From an uncultured Oscillibacter sp. (GTDB lineage: Bacteria > Bacillota > Clostridia > Oscillospirales > Oscillospiraceae), in assembly GCA_900544105.1 (NCBI GenBank), contig UQUC01000026.1:1-24000 (forward strand): a stretch of 24,000 nucleotides of DNA, written 5' to 3'. Below, piece after piece: positions 1 through 7,495 of the stretch (position 1 is the first letter of the stretch; each line of letters starts with the position of its first letter). Position numbers and translations under genes: made by a program. Below the pieces are notes generated by a model. The model worked only from the letters and a program-made list of their open reading frames with translations, was not told the origin of the DNA and made no database searches.

Positions 1-24
1 GGGGTATTCCAACTTTTGTGTGGG
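1..24. repeat. Left terminal inverted repeat (IR-L) of the putative ~12-kb element
   Basis: GGGGTATTCCAACTTTTGTGTGGG (1-24) matches the reverse complement of 11979-12002 (GGGTTATTCCAACTTTTGTGTGGG) at 23/24 positions by hand alignment. The true terminus could lie upstream of the window start. Confidence 0.7.
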
Positions 25-127
25 TTGGGCGGAAAAAATCAGGGAGCTGAGAGCTAAATCGTTTCGTGTGGGAACGGCGCAAAAAAGTTGTGCTGAGTTT
101 CTTTTCTCGTGTGCTACCAATTTAAGA

Positions 128-159
128 CCTCCTGTTATAGAATTTTCTGTAACAGGAGG
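128..159 (+). promoter_or_regulatory. Hairpin that sequesters the Shine-Dalgarno of the 168-482 ORF
   Basis: CCTCCTGTTA (128-137) is the exact reverse complement of TAACAGGAGG (150-159). The 3' arm contains the AGGAGG located 8 nt upstream of ATG 168. Confidence 0.35.
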
Positions 160-167
160 TGATTTTT

Positions 168-482
168 ATGAGCAGAAAAGACCCGTATTTTTCCTTCAAA
201 GACAGAGACAGCGTAGAGTACAAACCTCAGTATGGGACGGCGTACACGCTGCGTCAGGAGAAAATCCTGTCAGGCGAATTGCCCTTGGAGGACATCCGCC
301 CCAACGAACTGAGCCTGCTGAAGCAGAAGGCAAAACACCTCGGCGATATGGAGGGCTACGAGATAGCGACCCTGCGTTACGAGGAGATGCTGCATCCCCT
401 GGATGCCTACTACAATCACTACACCGCCGAGGAAGCAGCGGAAATCCTTCGGAAGCTGACGCCGCCGGGGTTTGAGTCGTAG
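168..482 (+). CDS. Hypothetical small protein (104 aa)
   Basis: ATG at 168 lies 8 nt after AGGAGG (154-159), so the track ORF 159-482 is trimmed to this start. Codon usage looks coding. I recognise no motif. Confidence 0.6.
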   Translation: MSRKDPYFSFKDRDSVEYKPQYGTAYTLRQEKILSGELPLEDIRPNELSLLKQKAKHLGDMEGYEIATLRYEEMLHPLDAYYNHYTAEEAAEILRKLTPPGFES

Positions 483-501
483 GCGGCGGAAGGCAACTCC
501 G

Positions 502-897
502 ATGGACACGAGCCGCAGAAACAATGTTCCTCCGTGCAAGGACGACGATGATATTTGGTACTGGGGCTACTCCATATTCGTGCCGCATATTCCCAACACG
601 CGGGCGTATCCCTATGTGTCCCGCATCATGGGTCCAGACCCCAAGTACCGCTTTGCCCGCAAGTTCCTGCAATACCAGTGGCCGCCAAAGACACCGAAAG
701 GCCGACGGTTCGATGTGGAGCTGCCGGGAGATGGCGTCTATGAGGTCGGCATCAAACGATGGAACGCGGACAAGACCCTGCTGCTGGAGCGGCAGGTATA
801 CTGGCTGTTGCTGCTGGATGGCAACGAGTACACCATCCCCAAGTGGCAGGTGCTGCCGCTGGTGGAGGCACTACGCAGTGGTACGCTCGGTGCCTGA
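502..897 (+). CDS. Hypothetical protein (131 aa)
   Basis: Track ORF 472-897 is trimmed to the first ATG (502), which is preceded by GGAAGG. It is followed directly by the terminator hairpin at 911-937. No recognisable motif. Confidence 0.55.
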   Translation: MDTSRRNNVPPCKDDDDIWYWGYSIFVPHIPNTRAYPYVSRIMGPDPKYRFARKFLQYQWPPKTPKGRRFDVELPGDGVYEVGIKRWNADKTLLLERQVYWLLLLDGNEYTIPKWQVLPLVEALRSGTLGA

Positions 898-910
898 AGA
901 ACAAAGAGAA

Positions 911-946
911 CCCCTGTGAGGTCAATCCTCACAGGGGCATCTTTTT
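911..946. terminator. Bidirectional intrinsic terminator hairpin (copy 1 of a duplicated hairpin)
   Basis: CCCCTGTGAGG-tcaat-CCTCACAGGGG forms an 11-bp stem, followed by CATCTTTTT on the + strand. The minus-strand side is T-rich (reverse complement of ACAAAGAGAA). It sits between the convergent ORFs 502-897 (+) and 978-1418 (-). Confidence 0.7.
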
Positions 947-977
947 AATGGCACAGTAGAGAAATGCTTATATAAAG

Positions 978-1418
978 TCACTCCTGTCCGCGCTCCTCCA
1001 TATACTTAAACACTTCTTTATCGGATTTAGCCCTTTTATACCAACCAATGCCTATCATAACAAAGCCAACAATCATTACTACAGTCCTAATTGTTGACGC
1101 TGACGAGAGGAAGCAAGAGGCAACAAGTCCTGTACCAGCACCCGTAAAGAAGTCTACGAGTGATTTCTCATACTTTATTTTTCCCAATACGCGCTCCTTG
1201 TCAATAGCTTTTACCATTTTGGAATCCCCCTTCAGTAATGTATCAAGCGATACATCAAATTGATTGCTCATTGCTATGAGAATCTGTAAATCCGGATAAC
1301 TCTTTTCGTTTTCCCAATTCGAAACCGTCTGTCTTGTAACATGGAATAACTCACCAAACTGTTCTTGCGTTAATTGCTGCTCATTACGAATTGCTGATAT
1401 TTGATTTCCTATGCTCAT
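978..1418 (-). CDS. XRE-family helix-turn-helix regulator with C-terminal transmembrane segments (146 aa)
   Basis: MSIGNQISAIRNEQQLTQEQFGELFHVTRQTVSNWENEKSYPDLQILIAMSNQFDVSLDTLL is a classic HTH_3 (Cro/CI-type) pattern. The C-terminal half has hydrophobic stretches (GLVASCFLSSA..., VVMIVGFVMIGIGWY). Start trimmed to ATG 1418, which has GGGAG upstream. The gene is visibly AT-rich compared with its neighbours. Confidence 0.8.
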   Translation of the reverse strand: MSIGNQISAIRNEQQLTQEQFGELFHVTRQTVSNWENEKSYPDLQILIAMSNQFDVSLDTLLKGDSKMVKAIDKERVLGKIKYEKSLVDFFTGAGTGLVASCFLSSASTIRTVVMIVGFVMIGIGWYKRAKSDKEVFKYMEERGQE

Positions 1419-1610
1419 GGTCAGCACCAACTCCCTCTCTGAAAAGAATTTACTACGACCTTGCTTCTTGTCTACTATTATGTAAGAAAAACAGCGCAAA
1501 GTAAAGCAATTTACTTTTTACATTGCGTTTTTCGTGTGGTTAAGTAGGTTTCGCAAATTCTTTTCGACAAACTCGAAGGCAATTCAACAACAGCGAATTA
1601 TAGAAAGATG

Positions 1611-1645
1611 CCCCTGTGAGGTCAATCCTCACAGGGGTATCTTTG
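1611..1645. terminator. Intrinsic terminator hairpin (copy 2, identical 27-bp core to 911-937)
   Basis: The same CCCCTGTGAGGTCAATCCTCACAGGGG core occurs exactly 700 bp downstream of copy 1. Here the palindrome extends to AAAGATGCCCC...GGGGTATCTTT. It lies just after the stop of the minus-strand ORF 1651-1878. Confidence 0.65.
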
Positions 1646-1650
1646 TTGTA

Positions 1651-1878
1651 TCATTTTGAATTGTATTCCCTCAGAATATTCTGAGCAATAAAGTCGATTT
1701 TGTCCTCCACGCTCATAGAGGCGTAGGACTCAGACACGGGAGGCGCTTCCATCCGCACGAACTCCTCACAGAACCGTACCGCCATCGCCTCAGCGGTGGT
1801 GCCAAGTTTGGCGCACAGCGCGGCCATCTGCTCGTACAGGGCGGTTTCCATGTCAATCCGTACATCTGCCATTGCCAT
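1651..1878 (-). CDS. Small ribbon-helix-helix-like protein (75 aa), translationally coupled to the transposase
   Basis: The ATG (1876-1878) directly abuts the transposase stop codon (1880-1882), with a single base (1879) between them. The N-terminus VRIDMETALYEQMAALCAKLGTTAEAMAVRFCEEFV fits a beta-strand/helix/helix (RHH, CopG/Arc-like) pattern by eye. Confidence 0.5.
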   Translation of the reverse strand: MAMADVRIDMETALYEQMAALCAKLGTTAEAMAVRFCEEFVRMEAPPVSESYASMSVEDKIDFIAQNILREYNSK

Positions 1879-1879
1879 G

Positions 1880-3502
1880 TTACTCTACCTCCTGCTCTTC
1901 TGCCGCACAGGACCCATCCTGCAACTGGCATTCACCGTTGTCATCGTCCTCACGGACATAGTTGCTGAAGGCCAGCAGCGAGTCTTCCTGCGGCGCAAAC
2001 TCCGGCTTCATAGAGCAGACCGTTTCCCAGTGTACCTTCGGCTTCGAGAACGAAAGGAGCGACATATATCCCATCGCGTGAGGCGGCTTGTCGCAAGAAG
2101 GCTCCTCGGCAACAGGGACGCTCTCCGTCTGCATCGTGTAGACAACGAGAGCCGCAACCTTGTCGCTGTAAAGAGCCCGCGCACGCAGCCGTTCAAAGCT
2201 GTACCCGTTCCCCATGCGGCTCATGTCCTCCACCATCCGGTTCAAGCCCTCCGTTACGGCATTGGTAAAGCGGCGGTTGGGTTCAAAGTAATTGAAGATT
2301 TCCTCGTGCCACTTCCTCGTGAGGGTGTTCTTGGCCGAACGAAGGTCGTCAAACAGCTCCGGCTCCACCTCGAACCGCTTCTTCCATGCCTCGATTTGAC
2401 GGCAGCCGGAGGGAGGGATAAGCTCCGCCCATTCCTTGCAGTATGCCTCCGCCGTCTTGCGGTCAGGGGCGGTGTAGATGCGGTCAAAGCGTTCCTTGAT
2501 AAGCCGCAGATGGTTGAACTCAGGGAAAGTCGCGCAGATATTTGCCATTGCGCTGATACGCCTCTCACTCTTGGCGAGATTCTTGGCGTTGAACTTGAAC
2601 AGATAGGTGTTCGTCTGGGCGAGGTTCCGCACCGCAATCATGCGCTTCTTTGCGCCGCCCTCCGGCTCCGCTTGGATGAGGGCGCCGATATAGGCCATGA
2701 TTTTGCTGCGGGCCTTGGCGATTTTCTCATAGACGGACTGGCAGACATGGAACTTGTCCACGACGATGGCGGCATTGGGCAAGCACTCCTGCACATAAGT
2801 ACGGTAGCCACAGGACATATCCATCGTTACGACCTCGATATTGGTGTCGTAGCCGACCATGCTCTCAATGGCTGCAATGACGGTATCCTTCTTGTTATCG
2901 GGACACATCTCCAGCAGAACACGGTTCTCAATGTCTGTAAAGATGGCCCGCATATTATGGACAATGTGCTTTTCATCAATGCCCAATACGCGGGGAGCGA
3001 TAACAGGGCCATGGGCTGACGCCAACTCTTTGGAATACTCGTCAAAAATTTTGCCGATGATAGTGTCGGAATAGCCGTATTTCAGGGCGACTGTACTCAG
3101 CGGCTTGGTAAACGCCTCGTGTCTGATTTCGTCATAAAGCCGCCTTGTCAAATGCCGGCTCTCCATAATGTCCGGCGATGGCGGGGAAAAGGACCTTCCG
3201 CATTCGCTACAGATGTACCGTTGCACCGTCAGGTCTATATCGACCTTCGTGCGTCCGCTGTTGACATCGTGAATGCGGCGCGGAGCCCCTGTTTGGCCGT
3301 GTGCGTGAACGGCGGTACTGCCGCAGAAACGGCATTTTCGGTTTCGGTAGTCCTCCACATGGCAGGAGAACAGTAAGTAAGGATGCCCTGCCTTGGGCCG
3401 ATAGCAGGCATCTTCAATTATGCCGCGCAAATTCAGGTGCGGAATGGGAATGACCTCCTCCATATCATCCGGAGTCAGTCGAATGTGATTCACAGTCTTC
3501 AT
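1880..3502 (-). CDS. ISL3-family DDE transposase (540 aa)
   Basis: It has an N-terminal zinc-finger-like CRFCGS...CSECG. The DDE region shows LGIDEKH, VTMDMSCGY and TNAVTEGLNRMVEDMSRMGNGY, an ISL3-typical TNAxxEGxN motif. Start trimmed to ATG 3502 (MKTVNH), which has GAGAGG upstream. It has a roughly 90-aa acidic C-terminal tail beyond ...LRARALYSD. Confidence 0.85.
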   Translation of the reverse strand: MKTVNHIRLTPDDMEEVIPIPHLNLRGIIEDACYRPKAGHPYLLFSCHVEDYRNRKCRFCGSTAVHAHGQTGAPRRIHDVNSGRTKVDIDLTVQRYICSECGRSFSPPSPDIMESRHLTRRLYDEIRHEAFTKPLSTVALKYGYSDTIIGKIFDEYSKELASAHGPVIAPRVLGIDEKHIVHNMRAIFTDIENRVLLEMCPDNKKDTVIAAIESMVGYDTNIEVVTMDMSCGYRTYVQECLPNAAIVVDKFHVCQSVYEKIAKARSKIMAYIGALIQAEPEGGAKKRMIAVRNLAQTNTYLFKFNAKNLAKSERRISAMANICATFPEFNHLRLIKERFDRIYTAPDRKTAEAYCKEWAELIPPSGCRQIEAWKKRFEVEPELFDDLRSAKNTLTRKWHEEIFNYFEPNRRFTNAVTEGLNRMVEDMSRMGNGYSFERLRARALYSDKVAALVVYTMQTESVPVAEEPSCDKPPHAMGYMSLLSFSKPKVHWETVCSMKPEFAPQEDSLLAFSNYVREDDDNGECQLQDGSCAAEEQEVE

Positions 3503-3603
3503 CGTGGTATACCTCTCAAATTCATCAAAAATAATGTGCCGGGGAAATGTATTCAAATAATTGATGAAGACTACGCTATTTACTTTTGGTATACCGTGAC
3601 CAT

Positions 3604-3632
3604 AGAATAGCACAAATGTTCTGTTCGCGCAA
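3604..3632 (-). promoter_or_regulatory. Candidate sigma-70-type promoter for the transposase
   Basis: The minus strand reads TTGCGC - 17 nt - (TGC)TATTCT, with an extended -10 TGn, about 95 nt upstream of ATG 3502. Confidence 0.45.
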
Positions 3633-3690
3633 GGGGGTTGCAAAAATTTTCTGTTTTCGGTAGATTTTGGAATAAAAATGATGAATTATG

Positions 3691-3718
3691 TTGCGAATTG
3701 AAAAATGTGTGCTATAAT
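3691..3718 (+). promoter_or_regulatory. Candidate sigma-70-type promoter for the hsd operon
   Basis: TTGCGA (3691-3696) - 16 nt - TGCTATAAT (extended -10; TATAAT at 3713-3718). It is divergent from the transposase promoter. Confidence 0.55.
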
Positions 3719-3749
3719 GAAAATGTCGAAGACTACAGAGAACTTCGAT

Positions 3750-3791
3750 GAGAAACGGGCCCGTTTCTCATCCTTTGCCTTGGCAAAGGAT
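3750..3791. promoter_or_regulatory. Two adjacent perfect palindromes in the hsdM leader (candidate operators or RNA hairpins)
   Basis: GAGAAACGGGCCCGTTTCTC (3750-3769) is a perfect 20-bp palindrome. It is directly followed by ATCCTTTGCC-tt-GGCAAAGGAT (3770-3791). Both lie between the predicted TSS (~3725) and the hsdM start (3853). Confidence 0.5.
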
Positions 3792-3852
3792 GATTCTCTT
3801 CTGTACGCAGGCATGGATGAGGAATTGGCCGTCATTGGAAAGGATGGAGCAC

Positions 3853-5634
3853 ATGACGACCAGTAACGAACGCATTGCATCTACCGGCAAGAATATACAG
3901 GAAAAAGCCAACTTAATTTGGAATGTGGCAAACACCCTCTTTGGCGCGTTTAAGCCCCATGAGTACGGACTCGTCATCCTGCCGATGGCGGTCATCAAGC
4001 GGTTCCACGACTGCCTGCTGCCGACCCATCAGGCAGTGCTGGACAAGTACAAGGAGGTGCAGCACCTCGCCGTGAAGGAGGGCTTCCTCTGCGCCGCCTC
4101 TGGCTACCAGTTCTATAACATCAGCCCATTTACCTTCGAAACGCTGAAAGCGGACCCCGAAAACATCAATGAGAATTTCCGCGCTTTCCTGAACGGCTTT
4201 TCTGACAATGTGCAGGACATTTTGGCGCGGATGAACTTCCACGCCCAAATCGACCGCATGGAGGAGGCCGGTCTGCTGTATCAGGTTATCGTGGACTTCT
4301 GCTCCGAGCAGGGCGATATGCGCCCCGAAAAAATCAGCGCAGTGGATATGGGCTATATCTTCGAGAACTTGGTGCAGCGGTTCTCCGAGTCCTACAACGA
4401 GGAGGCCGGAGCGCACTTCACCAGCCGCGATATTATCTATCTCATGTGCGACCTGCTGGTCAGCAATGCAAAATTTGATGGGGACGGCATCTCCAAGACG
4501 GTTTACGACATGACGATGGGCACCAGCCAGATGCTCACCTGCATGGAGGAACGGCTCAAGCAGTTGGACGCCGATGCGGATGTCACCTGCTTCGGGCAGG
4601 AGCTGAATCCCTTTACGTTTGGCATCGCCAAGGCGGATATGCTCATTCGCGGCGGCGACCCCGACAATATGCAGTTTGGCAACACGCTGGACGATGATAA
4701 ATTCAGCGGGTATCAGTTCGATTACGAAATTTCTAACCCGCCCTTCGGTATCGACTGGAAGCGAGAGGCCCCCAAGGTCGAGGCGGAGCATAAAAAGGGC
4801 GGCGCGGGGCGTTTTGGACCCGGTCTGCCCAGCAAGAGCGATGGACAGATGCTGTTCATGCTCAACGGACTTGCCAAGCTGAAGCCGGATGGCCGCATGG
4901 CTATCATCCAAAACGGCTCGTCCCTGTTCACCGGCGATGCCGGCTCCGGGCAGAGCGAGATTCGTCGCTATCTCATTGAAAACGACTGGCTGGACGCTAT
5001 TGTTCAGTTGCCCAACGACAGCTTTTATAATACCGGAATCGCCACTTATATTTGGATTATCACCAAGGACAAGCCAGAGGAGCATATCGGCAAGGTGCAG
5101 CTTATCGACGCCAGCAAGTGCTATGAGCCCCGCCGCAAATCCATCGGTAACAAGCGTGTGGACATCACCGATGTCTGCCGCGAGCTTATCGTCAAGGCCT
5201 ACGGCGCATACGCGGACCACACCTACCAGCGGGAGCTGGAGTCCGGCGCACATATCGTCTGCAAGAGCCGCGTGCTGGACAGCGTCAGCCTTGGCTACAA
5301 CAAAATCGTAGTAGAAACGCCGGAGATGGACGAGAACGGGCAGCCGGTACGCAAGCGTGGAAAGCCCGTGGCGGATACCTCCAAGCGGGACACGGAGAAT
5401 GTGCCGCTGGACGAGGACATGGACTCCTATCTGAGCCGTGAGGTACTGCCCTATAACCCCCATGCATGGATTGACAGGAGCAAGACCAAGGTGGGCTATG
5501 AAATCCCCTTCACCCGCACCTTCTATGAATACAAGCCCATTGAGCCTGCCGCAGAGATTGCCAAGCGCATCGAGGCCCATGAACAGTCGTTGATGCAGAA
5601 GCTCCACGACCTGTTCGGGAAGGATGGTGAGTGA
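3853..5634 (+). CDS. hsdM: Type I restriction-modification system, DNA methyltransferase subunit M (593 aa)
   Basis: The N-terminus LIWNVANTLFGAFKPHEYGLVILPMAVIKRF is HsdM-N-like. There is a SAM motif DMTMGTSQM and the catalytic NPPF in EISNPPFGIDWK. It is followed by hsdS. The start could be ATG 3844 or 3853; 3853 has better AAGGA spacing. Confidence 0.9.
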   Translation: MTTSNERIASTGKNIQEKANLIWNVANTLFGAFKPHEYGLVILPMAVIKRFHDCLLPTHQAVLDKYKEVQHLAVKEGFLCAASGYQFYNISPFTFETLKADPENINENFRAFLNGFSDNVQDILARMNFHAQIDRMEEAGLLYQVIVDFCSEQGDMRPEKISAVDMGYIFENLVQRFSESYNEEAGAHFTSRDIIYLMCDLLVSNAKFDGDGISKTVYDMTMGTSQMLTCMEERLKQLDADADVTCFGQELNPFTFGIAKADMLIRGGDPDNMQFGNTLDDDKFSGYQFDYEISNPPFGIDWKREAPKVEAEHKKGGAGRFGPGLPSKSDGQMLFMLNGLAKLKPDGRMAIIQNGSSLFTGDAGSGQSEIRRYLIENDWLDAIVQLPNDSFYNTGIATYIWIITKDKPEEHIGKVQLIDASKCYEPRRKSIGNKRVDITDVCRELIVKAYGAYADHTYQRELESGAHIVCKSRVLDSVSLGYNKIVVETPEMDENGQPVRKRGKPVADTSKRDTENVPLDEDMDSYLSREVLPYNPHAWIDRSKTKVGYEIPFTRTFYEYKPIEPAAEIAKRIEAHEQSLMQKLHDLFGKDGE

Positions 5635-5635
5635 T

Positions 5636-6943
5636 ATGACGCCTACTGTGGGTTATACGGAGATGAAGGACAGCGGTATCGAGTGGGTGGGCATGATTCC
5701 GAAAGATTGGGACATCAACATTCTCTTCCAACTTGTTTCTCAGGTAAAAAACAAAAACAAAGATTTGACAGAAACCAATTTATTGTCTTTGAGTTACGGG
5801 AAAATCAAAAGAAAAAACATCGACCATACAGATGGTTTGATTCCTGCTTCATTTGACAGTTACAACATTATTGATACCGGGGACATTGTTCTGCGACTCA
5901 CTGACCTTCAAAATGACCAAACGAGCCTTCGTGTTGGACGCTCAACCGAAAAGGGAATTATTACTTCTGCTTATATAACATTGCGCCCCGTCAATCTCAA
6001 AACATCAAAATTTCTTTACTATTTGCTTCATGCGTTTGACATCAGAAAAGGTTTTTATGGAATGGGGGCAGGCGTGCGGCAAGGACTTACCTATGATGAG
6101 GTCAAAGTTCTGAAACTACCGCTTCCATCCATATCAGAACAAACCGCCATCGCTACATATCTCGACACACAGTGTGCCAAAATTGACGAAATTATCGCCG
6201 AAGCCAAGGCCAGCATTGAGGATTACAAGCAGTGGAAGGCATCCATCATCTACGAAGCCGTCACCAAGGGGATTGACCCCAATGCAGAGATGAAGGATAG
6301 CGGGATTGAGTGGGTTGCCAAGATTCCTGCACGGTGGCATAAAGGAAGAGTCAGCCAAGTTGCAAATGCTTATAATGGGGACCGTAGCAGTAACTATCCA
6401 AGCGGGAGCGATATTGTTAGCTCCGGAATATCGTTCTTGACATCTAACAATTTAGGCCAGATTAAACTTAATACGGATATTCAAACAAACAAGTTTATTA
6501 CATCAGAGAAATACCATTCCCTTAGAGGGGCAAAACTGCAAAAAGACGATATTGTATTTTGCTTACGCGGGAGTGTCGGAAAATGCTCTATAAACAAAAC
6601 GCTAACAGAAGGAAGTATTGCTTCATCCCTCATCTTGATTAGGCCTGTTGGAATAAATCCTGATTACCTTAATTATGTACTTCAAAACAGTGCCATAACC
6701 GAAACAGCAGTTATTTCGGCGATTGGTATTGGTTCGCTCAACCTTTCGGCGGAGAATATCATGAGTTTTTCTATTCCACTTCCTTCATTGGATGAACAGA
6801 AACGTATTGCCCAGTATTTAGATGAAACCTGTAGTTACCTTGATGACATTGTGTTAGAAAAACAACTCTTAATTGCAGACCTCGAATCTTACAAAAAATC
6901 TCTAATCTACGAAGTCGTAACTGGGAAAAGGAGGGTGTGCTGA
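5636..6943 (+). CDS. hsdS: Type I R-M specificity subunit S with two target-recognition domains (435 aa)
   Basis: An internal duplicated conserved segment is present: EMKDSGIEWVGMIPKDW and EMKDSGIEWVAKIPARW. Conserved helical spacers are ...QWKASIIYEAVTKG... and ...YKKSLIYEVVTGKRRV. Two AT-rich variable blocks (TRDs) lie between the GC-richer conserved blocks. The start could be 5624 or 5636. Confidence 0.85.
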   Translation: MTPTVGYTEMKDSGIEWVGMIPKDWDINILFQLVSQVKNKNKDLTETNLLSLSYGKIKRKNIDHTDGLIPASFDSYNIIDTGDIVLRLTDLQNDQTSLRVGRSTEKGIITSAYITLRPVNLKTSKFLYYLLHAFDIRKGFYGMGAGVRQGLTYDEVKVLKLPLPSISEQTAIATYLDTQCAKIDEIIAEAKASIEDYKQWKASIIYEAVTKGIDPNAEMKDSGIEWVAKIPARWHKGRVSQVANAYNGDRSSNYPSGSDIVSSGISFLTSNNLGQIKLNTDIQTNKFITSEKYHSLRGAKLQKDDIVFCLRGSVGKCSINKTLTEGSIASSLILIRPVGINPDYLNYVLQNSAITETAVISAIGIGSLNLSAENIMSFSIPLPSLDEQKRIAQYLDETCSYLDDIVLEKQLLIADLESYKKSLIYEVVTGKRRVC

Positions 6944-7494
6944 TGGGTGTAAATATTGATGCAAAGGATAATGCGGCTACGGTCAAAGTTATACCCTACA
7001 AGTCTATATGCGTATTTGTCTTAATTGTTGACGGAGTTTTATTATTTGCCCCAGAAAATGTTGTTGCTGCGCTGGGGCTTAACCAAGTGCGTGAAACCAT
7101 CAAACCCTACTTAGGCATTCTGTTTCTCTGCGCGGCTGCGATTTTGCTTATTGATGTTGGCGGCGGCTGGATAAGGCGTAAAGTAACCGTTTCGCGGTAT
7201 CGTGGAAAAAACGCAAAACGAATACTGGATAGATTGAGTAAACGTGGCAAACAGGTTGTACGAAGGATGTATGAGTCAGAAAGCCATACGGCATACCTGT
7301 CAATCACGGATGCGACAGCAACTTATCTGCAGCGTTCGTCTATTATTGGGCAAACAACCGCAAGTAACAACGGCGAGTATTTTGACCGCTATTTACAGCC
7401 GTGGGTCGTTGAATATCTTGATAAGCACCCAGATTATCTGAGGGAAATGCCTGAGCCAGATGAAGGTGCATTTGAGTGTGAAGGAGAATTCTAA
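6943..7494 (+). CDS. 2-TM membrane protein, superinfection-exclusion (SieB-family)-like (183 aa)
   Basis: The ATG overlaps the hsdS stop (TGATG), with GGAGGG 8 nt upstream. There are two N-terminal TM helices (ICVFVLIVDGVLLFA; ILFLCAAAILLIDVGG). These are followed by a basic linker and a soluble C-terminal domain (...LSKRGKQVVRRMY...YLSITDATATYLQRSSIIG...YLQPWVVEYLDKHPDYL). This architecture matches my recollection of Pfam SieB-family proteins. The family call is recall-based, not searched. Confidence 0.5.
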   Translation: MGVNIDAKDNAATVKVIPYKSICVFVLIVDGVLLFAPENVVAALGLNQVRETIKPYLGILFLCAAAILLIDVGGGWIRRKVTVSRYRGKNAKRILDRLSKRGKQVVRRMYESESHTAYLSITDATATYLQRSSIIGQTTASNNGEYFDRYLQPWVVEYLDKHPDYLREMPEPDEGAFECEGEF

Positions 7495-7495
7495 A

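Noticed and set aside
20-475. 151-aa + strand ORF 20-475, and the 196-672 and 270-539 minus-strand ORFs.
   Set aside because: They overlap the better-supported 168-482 ORF in other frames. The 20-475 ORF begins inside the terminal repeat region without an SD, and its translation is Arg/Gly/Pro-rich.
911-1637. XRE cassette flanked by palindromes, considered as an integron-like gene cassette (attC sites).
   Set aside because: No integron integrase or attI is present in the window. The hairpins are short (27-40 bp), perfectly paired and followed by U-runs, as expected for ordinary intrinsic terminators. They lack the extrahelical-base features of attC.
3667-3674. TTGGAATA 8-mer identical to the outer part of IR-R, considered as a possible proximal end of a compact ISL3 copy around the transposase.
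   Set aside because: Only 8 bp match, and the adjacent bases do not resemble the CCCACACAAAAG part of the IR. No inverted partner lies near 1640-1650. This is insufficient to define a compact IS.
3913-5607. 564-aa ORF antisense to hsdM. Similar long antisense or off-frame ORFs are 1796-3019 (+) opposite the transposase and 8647-10413 (-) opposite hsdR.
   Set aside because: These are shadow ORFs of GC-rich genes. Their translations are low-complexity (rich in A/G/L/V/H/R) with no motifs. The opposite strand encodes proteins with unmistakable family signatures and proper SD-start contexts.
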